Source: Lama glama (lineage: Eukaryota). Taken from it: 64,000 nt of DNA. Under the pieces are notes generated by a model that saw only the letters and a program-made list of their open reading frames with translations, ran no database searches and was not told the DNA's origin. Below, in pieces: positions 63,071 through 64,000 of the stretch (position 1 is the stretch's first letter; every line of letters starts with the position of its first letter). Both the position numbers and the translations under genes were made by a program. The DNA is taken from NCBI GenBank assembly GCA_028534125.1, contig CM052817.1:37698001-37762000 (forward strand), given 5' to 3'.

Positions 63071-64000
63071 CCTCTGTAGGAACAAGTTGTTAGTCATTCT
63101 TTGGAGGTTAACAAGTCACATTGAATCACTTCACTTCTCTGGAACTTTGCCTTCCCAAACAGAGGATGGGTCCCTGCGGTTATGTAATGAGCAAGGGGTG
63201 GCCACCAGAGCCAAGGAGAGCCTGAACCAGTTTGGAGTCCCTCTAATGAGGGTTGGTAATTGGGACACAGAAATGTAGATCTGTTGATAAACTTGCTGGA
63301 GCTGGGAGGTGTGGCTGTGTTTGGGTCAGGAGTGTGAAGGAGCAGAAAGAACTAGGCAGAGAGTGCAGGAAGAGAGATTATTTCCTGGTCACTTTCCAAT
63401 TCTAAGAGTCAGCTATGTGATTCTGAGTGTACTTTCTGCCTTTGAGTTCCTTGAGATACTTTTGATATAATTTTTTTCTTTTTAAATAAAAAATCTCTCT
63501 GTACTCATTCCAGTTTGAGTGGAATTCTTGCCAAATCTTCACAGTAGTTCACTCATTTCCTCTTTTTGAAAAACTCAATCCCACTGCTCTGTGGTAGCAT
63601 CTACTAAGGTTGATATGTGGTATCTATTCAAATATGACTGGTTTTGACTTCCTCCAAATAGAAACACAGCATTTGTGGTTTCAACCAATTTTAAGACCAC
63701 TATTTCTAAACAAGAAATTTTAGAAAGACTTCAAACTTTTCCCAGGTTCTAGACATCACTTCTAAAGAAACAGCATTTTCATTGCTGAATGAAGTGTATC
63801 AGAAATGACATTATTTCCCATGAAAAATGCCAGGGAATGTCTTCTCCTTACATGGCTGTCTGTATAATGCTTTTACACATTTCTGAATCTTACCCTGTGT
63901 TTCCAGCCTGCAATTTTATCTTTTCTCTGTGTTTTTTTTTTTTTTAGCCTTGTCTAAGTAAAATGCCAAACCACTCCTCTTAGATGGTCACAAATGTGTA

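Overview
Mammalian genomic DNA, AT-rich and CpG-depleted. It is most likely camelid (alpaca/llama/camel), because it holds five copies of a tRNA-Ala-headed SINE of the Vic-1 type plus lineage-type L1 3' ends. No intact protein-coding gene is supported: the supplied ORFs are chance ORFs or decayed L1 ORF2 pieces. The first ~2.8 kb looks like the end of an intron followed by a terminal exon/3' UTR of an unidentified + strand gene. The rest is non-coding and rich in interspersed repeats (L2, MIR, CR1/L3, several ages of L1, MaLR/ERVL/ERV1 LTRs, hAT MITEs), with a few repeat-poor, motif-rich stretches that could be enhancers. The most unusual object is at 13341-13852. It is an ERV-derived R-U5-PBS(tRNA-Arg)-leader fragment with a poly(A) tail and an 18-bp target-site duplication, so it appears to be a retroviral transcript piece copied by L1 machinery rather than by integrase. 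Repeat subfamily names are recognised from memory of consensus sequences, not from a database search, and boundaries of old repeats are approximate.
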